From: a virus
Virus record (IMG/VR): IMGVR_UViG_3300045988_062603
Reading direction: 5' to 3' (one strand)
Length of the DNA stretch: 36,868 nucleotides
Of this stretch, positions 9,042-16,260 are shown piece after piece. The stretch's first letter is position 1. Each line of letters begins with the position of its first letter. Below the pieces are notes generated by a model. The model saw only the letters and a list, made by a program, of their open reading frames with translations. It was not told the DNA's origin and did no database searches. The position numbers were made by a program, and so were the translations under genes.

Positions 9042-9209
9042 ATTTGGTGGAAAACGTGACCGAGTAAGGCGACGAGCCTGAAAGCAGAGGACCCCAACAA
9101 AGGAGATCATATCCTTCCCGACGCCGGAAAGGCCAGGGTAAACACATGATTGTCGACGCGAGGGCTTCGGCTTTACGACGCCCGGACTGTAAGCGGCAAG
9201 GAGCATTTT

Positions 9210-10334
9210 ATGAACAACGAACTGAACCCGCCGACCGGCTTTGAAGTCATGGCCGACTTCAATCGGCTTTATTCGGCCTACCTGGAATCCAGAAAGGGAA
9301 AACGGTGGAAATGTGCCGTCGTCCGCTTCGAAGTGAATGTCCTGGAAAATATCATGTTCCTTCACTTCATGCTGACGAAGCACAAATACCGCCCGTCGCC
9401 CTACAACTATTTCCTGGTCCACGAGCCGAAGGAACGCCTGATCATGTATAACGGCTTCCGTGACAAGATCATTCAGCATAGCCTGTGCGACAACGTCCTG
9501 GGGCCGCTTCTATCGAAGACGTTCATTTATGACAACTACGCCAGTCAGAAGGGCAAGGGAACACACTTCGGCCTGGATCGTCTGAAATCGTTCATGCAAC
9601 GGTATTACAGACAGTTCGGGGCGGACGGCTGGGTCTTGAAGTGTGATATAAGCAAATACTTTTACAGAATCAATCACGACGTTTTGAAGTCACAGCTTCG
9701 TCGAGTCATTCACGACCCCGACGTTCTGTGGCTTCTTGATTTGATCATCGACTCCACCGACGGGCCGGGAATCCCGATCGGGAATCACACTTCACAGTGG
9801 TTCGCGATCCTGTACCTGTCCGGAATGGATCACATGATCAAGGAACGTCTGGGAATCAAGTTCTACGGCCGTTATATGGACGACTTTTATCTGATCCACC
9901 CGGACAAGGAATATTTGCTTTACTGTCTGGAAGAAATCAGAAAGTTCCTGGTCCCGCTGGGGCTGGAACTGAATCACAAGACGGCCGTGTTTCCGCTGTC
10001 CCAGGGGATCGACTTCCTGGGCTTCCGGACGTACATGACGGACAGCGGAAAAGTCGTCCGCAAACTACGCCGTGAAAGCAAGAACCGAATCAGGCGGAAA
10101 TTGAAGAAGTTCCGTCACCTTCTGGACGAAGGGCGGATCACCTTCGAAACTGTGGTCCAGTCTTATTCTTCCTGGGTCGGCCACGCCGCACACGGCAACA
10201 GCTACCGCCTGATCAGGAACACGGACGAACTGTTCTACGACCTGTTCAGAAAAGAAATGGGGGAATATCATGTCAAAACAACTGTCGACGCTTCCCGTCG
10301 GCGCGATCGTGAAGTCGGTCAACACGAAGTATAA
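9210..10334 (+). CDS. DGR reverse transcriptase
   Basis: ATG 9210 follows RBS gcaaggag. Carries the YMDD catalytic box (GRYMDDFYLIH) and the DGR-clade motif IGNHTSQ (I/LGxxxSQ). Lies directly downstream of the TR. Confidence 0.92.
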   Translation: MNNELNPPTGFEVMADFNRLYSAYLESRKGKRWKCAVVRFEVNVLENIMFLHFMLTKHKYRPSPYNYFLVHEPKERLIMYNGFRDKIIQHSLCDNVLGPLLSKTFIYDNYASQKGKGTHFGLDRLKSFMQRYYRQFGADGWVLKCDISKYFYRINHDVLKSQLRRVIHDPDVLWLLDLIIDSTDGPGIPIGNHTSQWFAILYLSGMDHMIKERLGIKFYGRYMDDFYLIHPDKEYLLYCLEEIRKFLVPLGLELNHKTAVFPLSQGIDFLGFRTYMTDSGKVVRKLRRESKNRIRRKLKKFRHLLDEGRITFETVVQSYSSWVGHAAHGNSYRLIRNTDELFYDLFRKEMGEYHVKTTVDASRRRDREVGQHEV

Positions 10335-11976
10335 CGGCGCTGTGATCCGCTTCAAGGTCGGCCGCCAGGCGTCGGACCGCGTGGGCCTGGTAACGGAACG
10401 AATCATTTCCCTGAAATGCTTCGACGCGAAGGAGCCGTCCAACTCCAACAGCGACCGCCGGAACTACGGCAACAACCGCGCGGCCGTGGCGAATCTGCTT
10501 CAATGGCTGAACAGCGCCGCCGGGACCGGCCAGTGGTACAGCGCACAGCACAGCGCGGACGCGCCGCCCAACAACGCGAACGTCTGGTCCAACTACAACG
10601 AATACGAGGCGGAAGCCGGCTTCCTGAACGGCTTCGAACAGGACTTCCGGGACGCCCTTCTGAACGACACGATCACCGTCGCGAAGTCCAGCACTGACGG
10701 CGGCGGTTCGGAGCAGATCACGCGGAAGGTCCGCCTGTTGACCCGGACAGAGGTCTTCGGCGACACAGAGAACGGCACCGCCGAGGGGACCAAGTGGCCC
10801 ATCTTCACCGACAACAACAGCCGCCTTGCATACCCGACCGCCGAAGCGGTCAGCAAGTCGGAATACAAGACTTCCAGTCTGTCGTCTTCACAGCCCTGGT
10901 GGTGGTGGCTTCTCACCCCGAACGCCGGCAACGCGCACTACGTCCGCTACGTCTATTCCGGCGGCGGCCTGAGCAGCTACGGCGCCTGGGATGGCAGCAG
11001 CGGCGTTCGCCCGGCTTTGTTTTTGGCCCCTGACACCCTGGTATCCGATACAACGGACACCGACGGGGCTTATATCATTCAGTGGAATCAGCCGCCCACG
11101 ACCCCGTCGTCCATTTCCCACGGGACCCCGCGCGCCGGCCAGTCCTTGACGATCACGACCGGCGGGTCCACCGACCCCGAAGGCGACGCGATCAGTTATG
11201 TCTGGGAACGCCGGGTCGATTCCGGGGCCTACACCCAGATCGGGATCACGACCGCGAAGTCCATCGTCGACACGGTCCCGTCGAGCGGGACGAACTACCA
11301 GGTCCGCGTGAAGGCGGTCGACGCCAACGGCGCGGAATCCGCATACCGGACCGGGAACGCGACGCCCATTTCCTACAATACGGACCCGGTAATCAGCGGA
11401 AGCGATCAAAACCTGGGCGCAAAAACTGACCCGTTCACCTACGACTACACCGTCACGGACAGCGAAGCGGCGTCCCAGACCTTGACCGTCACGGAAACCG
11501 TGACCAACGGGACCGAAACGATCACCCTTCGGACCTACACGGCCACGAGCGGGACCCAGAACACGGCGGACCTGTCCGACGTATGGCTTCGGCTTCTGAC
11601 CGGGTCCCACGTCCTGAAAATCTACGTCACCGACGGAGCCGGCGGAAGCGCGACCCGGCTGATCACGTTCAGCCGTACCGTCACCCGGATCGCCGCGTCC
11701 CGCGCGATCGCCACGGACGCGAAGATCGAAAAGGTCTTCCTGTCCCTGTACCCGGCGGATCACCCGGCCGACGCGACCCTTCATGTCGAGGTCACGAACA
11801 ACCCGTTCGACGACAGCCCCGTCTGGGAAGACATCACAAGCAAGGTCGGGAAGTTCGTCCATACCTTCACGAACACGACCGTCGTGTCGTCTTCCTACGG
11901 CCTGGCCTATCGGTTCTACATGACAAAGGGAACCCAGGAAATCGAAGTGATCCAGGCGACCGTTCGGTTTGCCTAA
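10270..11976 (+). CDS. DGR target protein 1, probably a tail-associated receptor-binding protein
   Basis: 568 aa. N-terminal ~250 aa end in WWWWLLTPNAGNAHYVRYVYSGGGLSSYGAWDGSSGVRPALF, which is VR1. This is followed by FN3/Ig-like beta-rich segments (DPEGDAISYVWERR...YQVRVKAVDANGAES). The start overlaps the RT end by 65 nt. Confidence 0.9.
   Translation: MSKQLSTLPVGAIVKSVNTKYNGAVIRFKVGRQASDRVGLVTERIISLKCFDAKEPSNSNSDRRNYGNNRAAVANLLQWLNSAAGTGQWYSAQHSADAPPNNANVWSNYNEYEAEAGFLNGFEQDFRDALLNDTITVAKSSTDGGGSEQITRKVRLLTRTEVFGDTENGTAEGTKWPIFTDNNSRLAYPTAEAVSKSEYKTSSLSSSQPWWWWLLTPNAGNAHYVRYVYSGGGLSSYGAWDGSSGVRPALFLAPDTLVSDTTDTDGAYIIQWNQPPTTPSSISHGTPRAGQSLTITTGGSTDPEGDAISYVWERRVDSGAYTQIGITTAKSIVDTVPSSGTNYQVRVKAVDANGAESAYRTGNATPISYNTDPVISGSDQNLGAKTDPFTYDYTVTDSEAASQTLTVTETVTNGTETITLRTYTATSGTQNTADLSDVWLRLLTGSHVLKIYVTDGAGGSATRLITFSRTVTRIAASRAIATDAKIEKVFLSLYPADHPADATLHVEVTNNPFDDSPVWEDITSKVGKFVHTFTNTTVVSSSYGLAYRFYMTKGTQEIEVIQATVRFA
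10914..11014 (+). repeat. DGR variable repeat 1 (VR1)
   Basis: Aligns with TR 8941-9041 without gaps. All 16 mismatches are at TR adenines, and none are at C, G or T. Confidence 0.95.
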
Positions 11977-11994
11977 CAGAAAGGGGGAAACGCT

Positions 11995-12465
11995 ATGTTC
12001 AATCCGGAACAGTGTGACTTTGTCAGCATGGCCGAAGCGAAGGAACGCGAGAAACAGAACCCGGCGGCGGAAACCGCCAGGGCGGCTTCGATCGCCTTCG
12101 TGGCGCTTGCGGAGTCCGGCCAGATCGACGACGTGACCGCTTCGGAAAACGTCAGTCAGTTCAGCCCGTGGGCCTACCCCGTGGCGTATGCCGTCGGCAA
12201 TATCCGCGCCTACGGGGGCGAACTTTACCGCTGTAACCAGGCCCACACATCGCAAGCGGACTGGACGCCGCCGGCAACGCCGGCCCTGTGGTCGAAGATC
12301 GCCGATCCGTCCGTGGAATGGCCCGAATGGTCCCAACCGCTGGGCGCACACGACGCCTATGACTACGGCGACAAGGTCGCCCACAACGGGAAACACTGGA
12401 CTTCTGACCTGGACGGGAACGTCTGGGAACCCGGCGTCTACGGCTGGACAGAAGTGTCGGAGTAA
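11995..12465 (+). CDS. Carbohydrate-binding protein with two CBM5/12 (chitin-binding type 3)-like repeats
   Basis: Two repeats of the pattern Y.G..Y.C.QAHTSQ..W.P....LW: GELYRCNQAHTSQADWTPPATPALWSKI and GDKVAHNGKHWTSDLDGNVWEPGVYGWTEV. Confidence 0.6.
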   Translation: MFNPEQCDFVSMAEAKEREKQNPAAETARAASIAFVALAESGQIDDVTASENVSQFSPWAYPVAYAVGNIRAYGGELYRCNQAHTSQADWTPPATPALWSKIADPSVEWPEWSQPLGAHDAYDYGDKVAHNGKHWTSDLDGNVWEPGVYGWTEVSE

Positions 12466-12487
12466 CCCAGAAAGGAGATCGACGCCA

Positions 12488-12727
12488 GTGACAGAAGGGA
12501 TTCTGATCGCCGTCCTGTCCCTTCTGGGGACCCTGGGCGGTTCGTATTTTGCCAACAAGAAAAGTTCCGCGCTGATCGCCTACCGGCTGGAAGAACTGGA
12601 AAAGAAGGTCGACAAACACAATTCGGTGATCGAAAGGACGTACAGCCTGGAAGAAGCCCAGGCCGTGATCGAGGAAAAGATCAAAGTCGCGAATCATCGG
12701 ATCGACGACCTGGAAAAGAAGACATGA
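12488..12727 (+). CDS. Membrane-anchored coiled-coil lysis accessory protein (XhlA-like)
   Basis: GTG 12488 follows RBS aaaggag. An N-terminal TM helix is followed by YRLEELEKKVDKHNSVIERTYSLEE. Sits immediately upstream of the holin genes. Confidence 0.5.
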   Translation: MTEGILIAVLSLLGTLGGSYFANKKSSALIAYRLEELEKKVDKHNSVIERTYSLEEAQAVIEEKIKVANHRIDDLEKKT

Positions 12728-12990
12728 GCGGACGGCGTGAACAGAAGCGCGAGTTTTCCAAAATCATCATTTCCACCGTGGGGGCGGTCACGATCATCGT
12801 GACCGCCTTCACGCTGGTCATGGTATGGAGAACCGGCGACACGTCGCCCCTTGCGTATTTGATCCCGGCCGTCTTCACGGAAACGGCGGCCGCGACCGGC
12901 TTCTATTACAGCAAGGCGAAAGCAGAAAACCGGATCAAACTTCGGAAGAAGTACGGTCCCGAAATCTACAATGACACAAAAGAACTGTAA
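12724..12990 (+). CDS. Putative holin (two transmembrane helices)
   Basis: 88 aa with two hydrophobic helices and a charged C-terminus. ATGA overlap with the upstream gene. Lies in the lysis cassette. Confidence 0.55.
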   Translation: MSGRREQKREFSKIIISTVGAVTIIVTAFTLVMVWRTGDTSPLAYLIPAVFTETAAATGFYYSKAKAENRIKLRKKYGPEIYNDTKEL

Positions 12991-13008
12991 CGAAAGGAAT
13001 GAAAGAAC

Positions 13009-13377
13009 ATGAACGCTGAACAGATTATTTCCGTGGTCGTCGCTATCCTGACCGGCCTGTCCGCCTGTATTCCCCTGGCCTACAAGCTGATCCAGTACGT
13101 CAAGAAGGCGACACAGGAAAAGAACTGGGCCGCCCTTCTGGGGCTTGTGATCAGCCTTATGGAAGAAGCGGAAACGAAGTTCACCGACGGGGCAACCCGG
13201 AAGGAATGGGTCATGGCTATGGTCCAGACTTCCGCCGAGTATATCAACTATCCCGTTGACGTTACGGCCCTGGGCGAACTGATCGACGCCCTGTGTGACA
13301 TGACGAAGGTCGTCAACTTCGAGGAAATCCCGGTGATCGAGCCTGTAAAGGGGGAAACCGACAATGATGAAAAGTAA
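13009..13377 (+). CDS. Holin, LL-H-family-like
   Basis: 122 aa. Has a single N-terminal TM helix and then a soluble helical region ([21 protein letters not shown]) resembling LL-H holins. Confidence 0.55.
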   Translation: MNAEQIISVVVAILTGLSACIPLAYKLIQYVKKATQEKNWAALLGLVISLMEEAETKFTDGATRKEWVMAMVQTSAEYINYPVDVTALGELIDALCDMTKVVNFEEIPVIEPVKGETDNDEK

Positions 13378-14302
13378 AACCTTTATCGAAAAACTGATCG
13401 ACGCGGCCCAGAATCACAAAACCCTGTACGTCATGGGGTGCTTCGGCGCGCCTATGACGGCCGCCAATAAGACCAGGTACACCCAGAATCACAGCTACAA
13501 CAAACAGGCGGCCCGGACCGCTATGATCAAGGCCGCCAGCGCCGACACCTTCGGTTTTGACTGTGTCTGTCTGATCAAGGGGATTCTGTGGGGCTGGATC
13601 GGCGACAAGTCGAAGACCTACGGCGGCGCGGTCTACGCTTCGAACGGCGTCCCCGACATCGGGGCCGACAGCATGATCGGCAAGTGTAAGAACGTGTCGA
13701 CCGGGAACTGGGGGAACATGACCCCCGGCGAAGCCCTGTGGGTCCCCGGCCACATCGGCGTCTATATCGGCGACGGCCTGGCCGTGGAGTGTTCCCCGGC
13801 CTTCGAAAACGACGTCCAGATCACGGCCGTCGGAAACATCGGCAAGAAGGCCGGCTACGCCGGCTACAATACCCGGACCTGGCAGAAACACGGCCGCCTT
13901 CCCTATGTCGACTATTCCGACGCCGGCGGAAGCGCGACCGTCGTGACCCCGCCCGCCAGCGGCGGCGAAACCGTCTACACCGTGAAGAAGGGCGACACCC
14001 TGTCCGCGATCGCGGCGAAGTACGGGACCACCTACCAGGAGATCGCCGCCTACAACGGGATCGCAAACCCGAACCCGATCCGCGTCGGCCAGAAGATCAA
14101 GATTCCGGCCGCGACCGCGCCGGAGTCCTTCGAAAAGGGGGACAAGGTGAAGGTCCTGAACGCCGTCACCTATGACGGGAAGTCCTTCAAGACTTACTAT
14201 GACACCTACGACGTGATCCAGGTCAACGGCGACCGCGTCGTGATCGGCGTCGGCGCGACCGTCACGGCCGCCGTCAACGCGGTGAACCTTCGCAAAGCGT
14301 AA
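13364..14302 (+). CDS. Endolysin: NlpC/P60-like cysteine peptidase with LysM and SH3-like domains
   Basis: Cys motif [13 protein letters not shown] and His motif [15 protein letters not shown]. LysM motif [45 protein letters not shown]-terminal SH3-like segment [18 protein letters not shown]. Confidence 0.75.
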   Translation: MMKSKTFIEKLIDAAQNHKTLYVMGCFGAPMTAANKTRYTQNHSYNKQAARTAMIKAASADTFGFDCVCLIKGILWGWIGDKSKTYGGAVYASNGVPDIGADSMIGKCKNVSTGNWGNMTPGEALWVPGHIGVYIGDGLAVECSPAFENDVQITAVGNIGKKAGYAGYNTRTWQKHGRLPYVDYSDAGGSATVVTPPASGGETVYTVKKGDTLSAIAAKYGTTYQEIAAYNGIANPNPIRVGQKIKIPAATAPESFEKGDKVKVLNAVTYDGKSFKTYYDTYDVIQVNGDRVVIGVGATVTAAVNAVNLRKA

Positions 14303-14335
14303 GCCGGCCGGAGCCGGCGGAAAGGGGGCGATTCT

Positions 14336-14827
14336 GTGGGCGTAAAGAAAGAAGACCTTGTCCGCTGGATCGGCGGCCTGGAAACCCTGAAAGACGACGT
14401 CCCGGAAATCATGTCCCAGATCGCCGTCGGCGAAGGCCAGTACGCCGTCCGCCAGGCGCGCCTGATCTGCAAGAACGACAGCCCGGACATCGTCAATACC
14501 GGCGACTACCGCCGGAACTGGAAGTCCGACAAGACGGCCAGGCGGAGCGGGAAACGCTATATCGTCCGATTTTACAATCCGCTTGACTATGCGAGTCACC
14601 TTGAACACGGCTTCCGAAGTCACTTCGTCCCTGGTCACTGGGAAGGGAACACCTTCGTCTATAACCGGGACGACCCGGAAGGCGGAATGTTCGTCGGCCC
14701 GAAGGGCGGTTACGTCCGGGGACACTTCACCATGAAGCGCGCCGCGAAGAAGACGAAGGATTCCCAACAGGCCAGAGTGTCCCGCAAGATCACGCGGGAG
14801 ATCAACAAGCGAATGAAGACGAAGTAA
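14336..14827 (+). CDS. HK97 gp10-family head-tail joining protein, displaced from the neck module
   Basis: GTG start after aaaggggg. Motifs NTGDYRRNW and YASHLEHGFRSH match the gp10-family pattern (TG.L..s...YA..vE.G). Confidence 0.6.
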   Translation: MGVKKEDLVRWIGGLETLKDDVPEIMSQIAVGEGQYAVRQARLICKNDSPDIVNTGDYRRNWKSDKTARRSGKRYIVRFYNPLDYASHLEHGFRSHFVPGHWEGNTFVYNRDDPEGGMFVGPKGGYVRGHFTMKRAAKKTKDSQQARVSRKITREINKRMKTK

Positions 14828-14831
14828 GAAA

Positions 14832-14861
14832 GGCGGACGGGGAAACCCGTCCGCCTTTTTT
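14832..14861. terminator. Bidirectional rho-independent terminator between convergent genes
   Basis: Stem ggcggacggg, loop gaaa, stem cccgtccgcc, then TTTTTT. An A/T-rich stretch lies on the other side. Confidence 0.8.
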
Positions 14862-14864
14862 GCT

Positions 14865-15518
14865 TTATCTGACCACCATGTCAAGGGCCTTCGAAAAATA
14901 TCCCTGTTGCGCCACGGTCAGGCGATAGTTCTTCGCCCCGTCCTGGATCATAAGCCCGTCGCCTTCCGGCAGGATCGCGGAGATCGTGGACAGCTTGCAG
15001 TCGAAGCCGTTCTGTTTTGCCAGGAAGACGATCCGCCGGTTCGTGAGAACCGCCAGACCGTCGAAGGCGTCCGTGACATCGTCATAGACCGTCTGACTGG
15101 CCCCGCCGCCGGACCGCACAGACACGCCCTTCGCGACGCGGACACTGACGCCGCCGCCGCTTCCTGTCCTTCCGACCGCCTTCTTCTTCGTGACATACCG
15201 GCGCGCCGGCGCGAAGAAATGGGCGACTTCGCCTTCGCCCAGGACCACCGGAACCGACGCAAGAGCCGGAAGAACGCCGCCCTGAATCTGTTGAAGTTCC
15301 TGTTCGGTCATATATGTCCCGTTCCCGCCCTGGCGCTTCGCCTTCTTCCCGGCGCTGGACTTTGCCCCTTGCCAGAACAGGAAGACCGCCAGGGCAACGA
15401 AAAGAAGCGCGATCACCCATTCCGCCCCTGTCTTGTATTCCGGCGCGGTCGTGGCCGACACCAGGGCCGCCACGGCGGCCAGGACAAGAGATAAAGCACT
15501 GAAGATTTTCCAGACCAT
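14865..15518 (-). CDS. Membrane protein with a C-terminal PH/GRAM-like domain; candidate lysogen-expressed accessory gene
   Basis: This is the only convincing minus-strand gene. The preferred start is the Met of MVWKIF, preceded by aaggggg. Two TM helices are followed by a soluble domain (GEGEVAHFF...GLAVLTNRRIVFLAK). Confidence 0.6.
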   Translation of the reverse strand: MVWKIFSALSLVLAAVAALVSATTAPEYKTGAEWVIALLFVALAVFLFWQGAKSSAGKKAKRQGGNGTYMTEQELQQIQGGVLPALASVPVVLGEGEVAHFFAPARRYVTKKKAVGRTGSGGGVSVRVAKGVSVRSGGGASQTVYDDVTDAFDGLAVLTNRRIVFLAKQNGFDCKLSTISAILPEGDGLMIQDGAKNYRLTVAQQGYFSKALDMVVR

Positions 15519-15544
15519 ATAAAAGCCCCCTTGTGAGTGATATT

Positions 15545-15614
15545 TATGGTTCATGCCAATAATATCATACCATAGTTTATGGTAACGTCAAATAAAATAT
15601 TGCAAGTGACCATA
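15545..15614. promoter_or_regulatory. Operator-like half-site array (TATGGT / ACCATA) in a divergent intergenic region
   Basis: TATGGT at 15545-15550 and 15578-15583. ACCATA at 15569-15574 and 15609-15614. The central pair forms the palindrome ACCATA-gtt-TATGGT. Confidence 0.4.
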
Positions 15615-15629
15615 GACAGGGGGACGAAA

Positions 15630-15878
15630 ATGAAGAATCTGGGCTACTACGGACGGCGGAATATATGCGGGGAGCGCGTCAGAATGGCGCGCCTGGCGAA
15701 GCGCATTTCACAGGAAACCCTGGCGGCGAAAATGCAAACGCTGGGCGTGAACATAGCCCAGGACGCGATCAGCAACATCGAAGCCGGCCGCCGGCTGGTC
15801 ATGGACTACGAACTTCGCGCCTTCGCGACCGTCCTTCAAGTCCCCATTGAAGAACTACTTGAACCGGAAGAAGAATAG
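15630..15878 (+). CDS. XRE-family HTH transcriptional regulator
   Basis: ATG 15630 follows gacaggggg. HTH region VRMARLAKRISQETLAAKMQTLGVNIAQDAISNIEAG. Confidence 0.8.
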   Translation: MKNLGYYGRRNICGERVRMARLAKRISQETLAAKMQTLGVNIAQDAISNIEAGRRLVMDYELRAFATVLQVPIEELLEPEEE

Positions 15879-15879
15879 A

Positions 15880-15913
15880 CCCACGGAACGCCCTTCCGTG
15901 GGCCTTATTTTTT
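15880..15913 (+). terminator. Rho-independent terminator
   Basis: 9-bp stem cccacggaa / ttccgtggg with a 5-nt loop, followed by ccttaTTTTTT. Confidence 0.75.
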
Positions 15914-15915
15914 AC

Positions 15916-15944
15916 TTGACATTACGGTCTAAAAGGCGTAATAT
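15916..15944 (+). promoter_or_regulatory. Sigma-70-type promoter: TTGACA, 17-nt spacer, TAATAT
   Basis: TTGACA at 15916-15921 and TAATAT at 15939-15944, with an exact 17-nt spacer. Lies about 30 nt upstream of the second XRE gene. Confidence 0.65.
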
Positions 15945-15975
15945 AGAAGCAGAACAGAGAAAGGCGGCGATTCAA

Positions 15976-16188
15976 ATGAAATCCGGAAGCACAAAGAGCG
16001 AAACGACGATCGCGCGTTTGCGCTGTGAACGGGGGCTGACACAGGCCGCCCTGGCGAAAGGAACCGGCGTCAACATTCGGACGATCCAGAAGTTCGACAG
16101 CGGGGAACGGGGAATCGAAACCGCGTCCCTGGCCGTGGCGCTTCGGATCGCCGACTTCCTGGGCGTCCACCCGCGCGATCTGATCTGA
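15976..16188 (+). CDS. XRE-family HTH transcriptional regulator (second copy)
   Basis: ATG 15976. HTH region IARLRCERGLTQAALAKGTGVNIRTIQKFDSGE. Confidence 0.8.
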   Translation: MKSGSTKSETTIARLRCERGLTQAALAKGTGVNIRTIQKFDSGERGIETASLAVALRIADFLGVHPRDLI

Positions 16189-16199
16189 CAGCACAGCAA

Positions 16200-16245
16200 A
16201 GCCCCCACCCTTGCCACACGGCAAAGGTGGGGGCTGTTTTTCTTT
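16200..16245 (+). terminator. Rho-independent terminator
   Basis: 16-bp stem agcccccacccttgcc / ggcaaaggtgggggct with one mismatch and a 4-nt loop, then gTTTTTcTTT. Confidence 0.8.
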
Positions 16246-16260
16246 ATAGGGGGAAGGAAC

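Noticed and set aside
8819-9479. Minus-strand ORFs (8819..9100 and 8979..9479) and the + strand ORF start at 9150, all crossing the TR/spacer
   Set aside because: This region is the non-coding DGR template and spacer. The ORFs arise from the Asn-codon-rich repeat read in other frames. The RT start at 9210 has a proper RBS.
9210-10334. The reverse transcriptase as a retron, group II intron or Abi/DRT defence RT
   Set aside because: A cognate TR with two adenine-only mismatched VRs, an adjacent Avd-like gene and the I/LGxxxSQ motif all point to a DGR RT. No msr/msd-like inverted repeats or intron RNA domains were seen.
10888-12558. 556-aa minus-strand ORF antisense to DGR target 1 and the CBM gene
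   Set aside because: Same shadow-ORF signature: low-complexity Arg/Gly/Pro-rich composition, no family resemblance, and overlap with strongly supported + strand genes.
13313-14884. 523-aa minus-strand ORF antisense to the endolysin and gp10-like genes
   Set aside because: Shadow ORF. The + strand proteins have clear LysM, peptidase and gp10 motifs, and the minus-strand translation has none.
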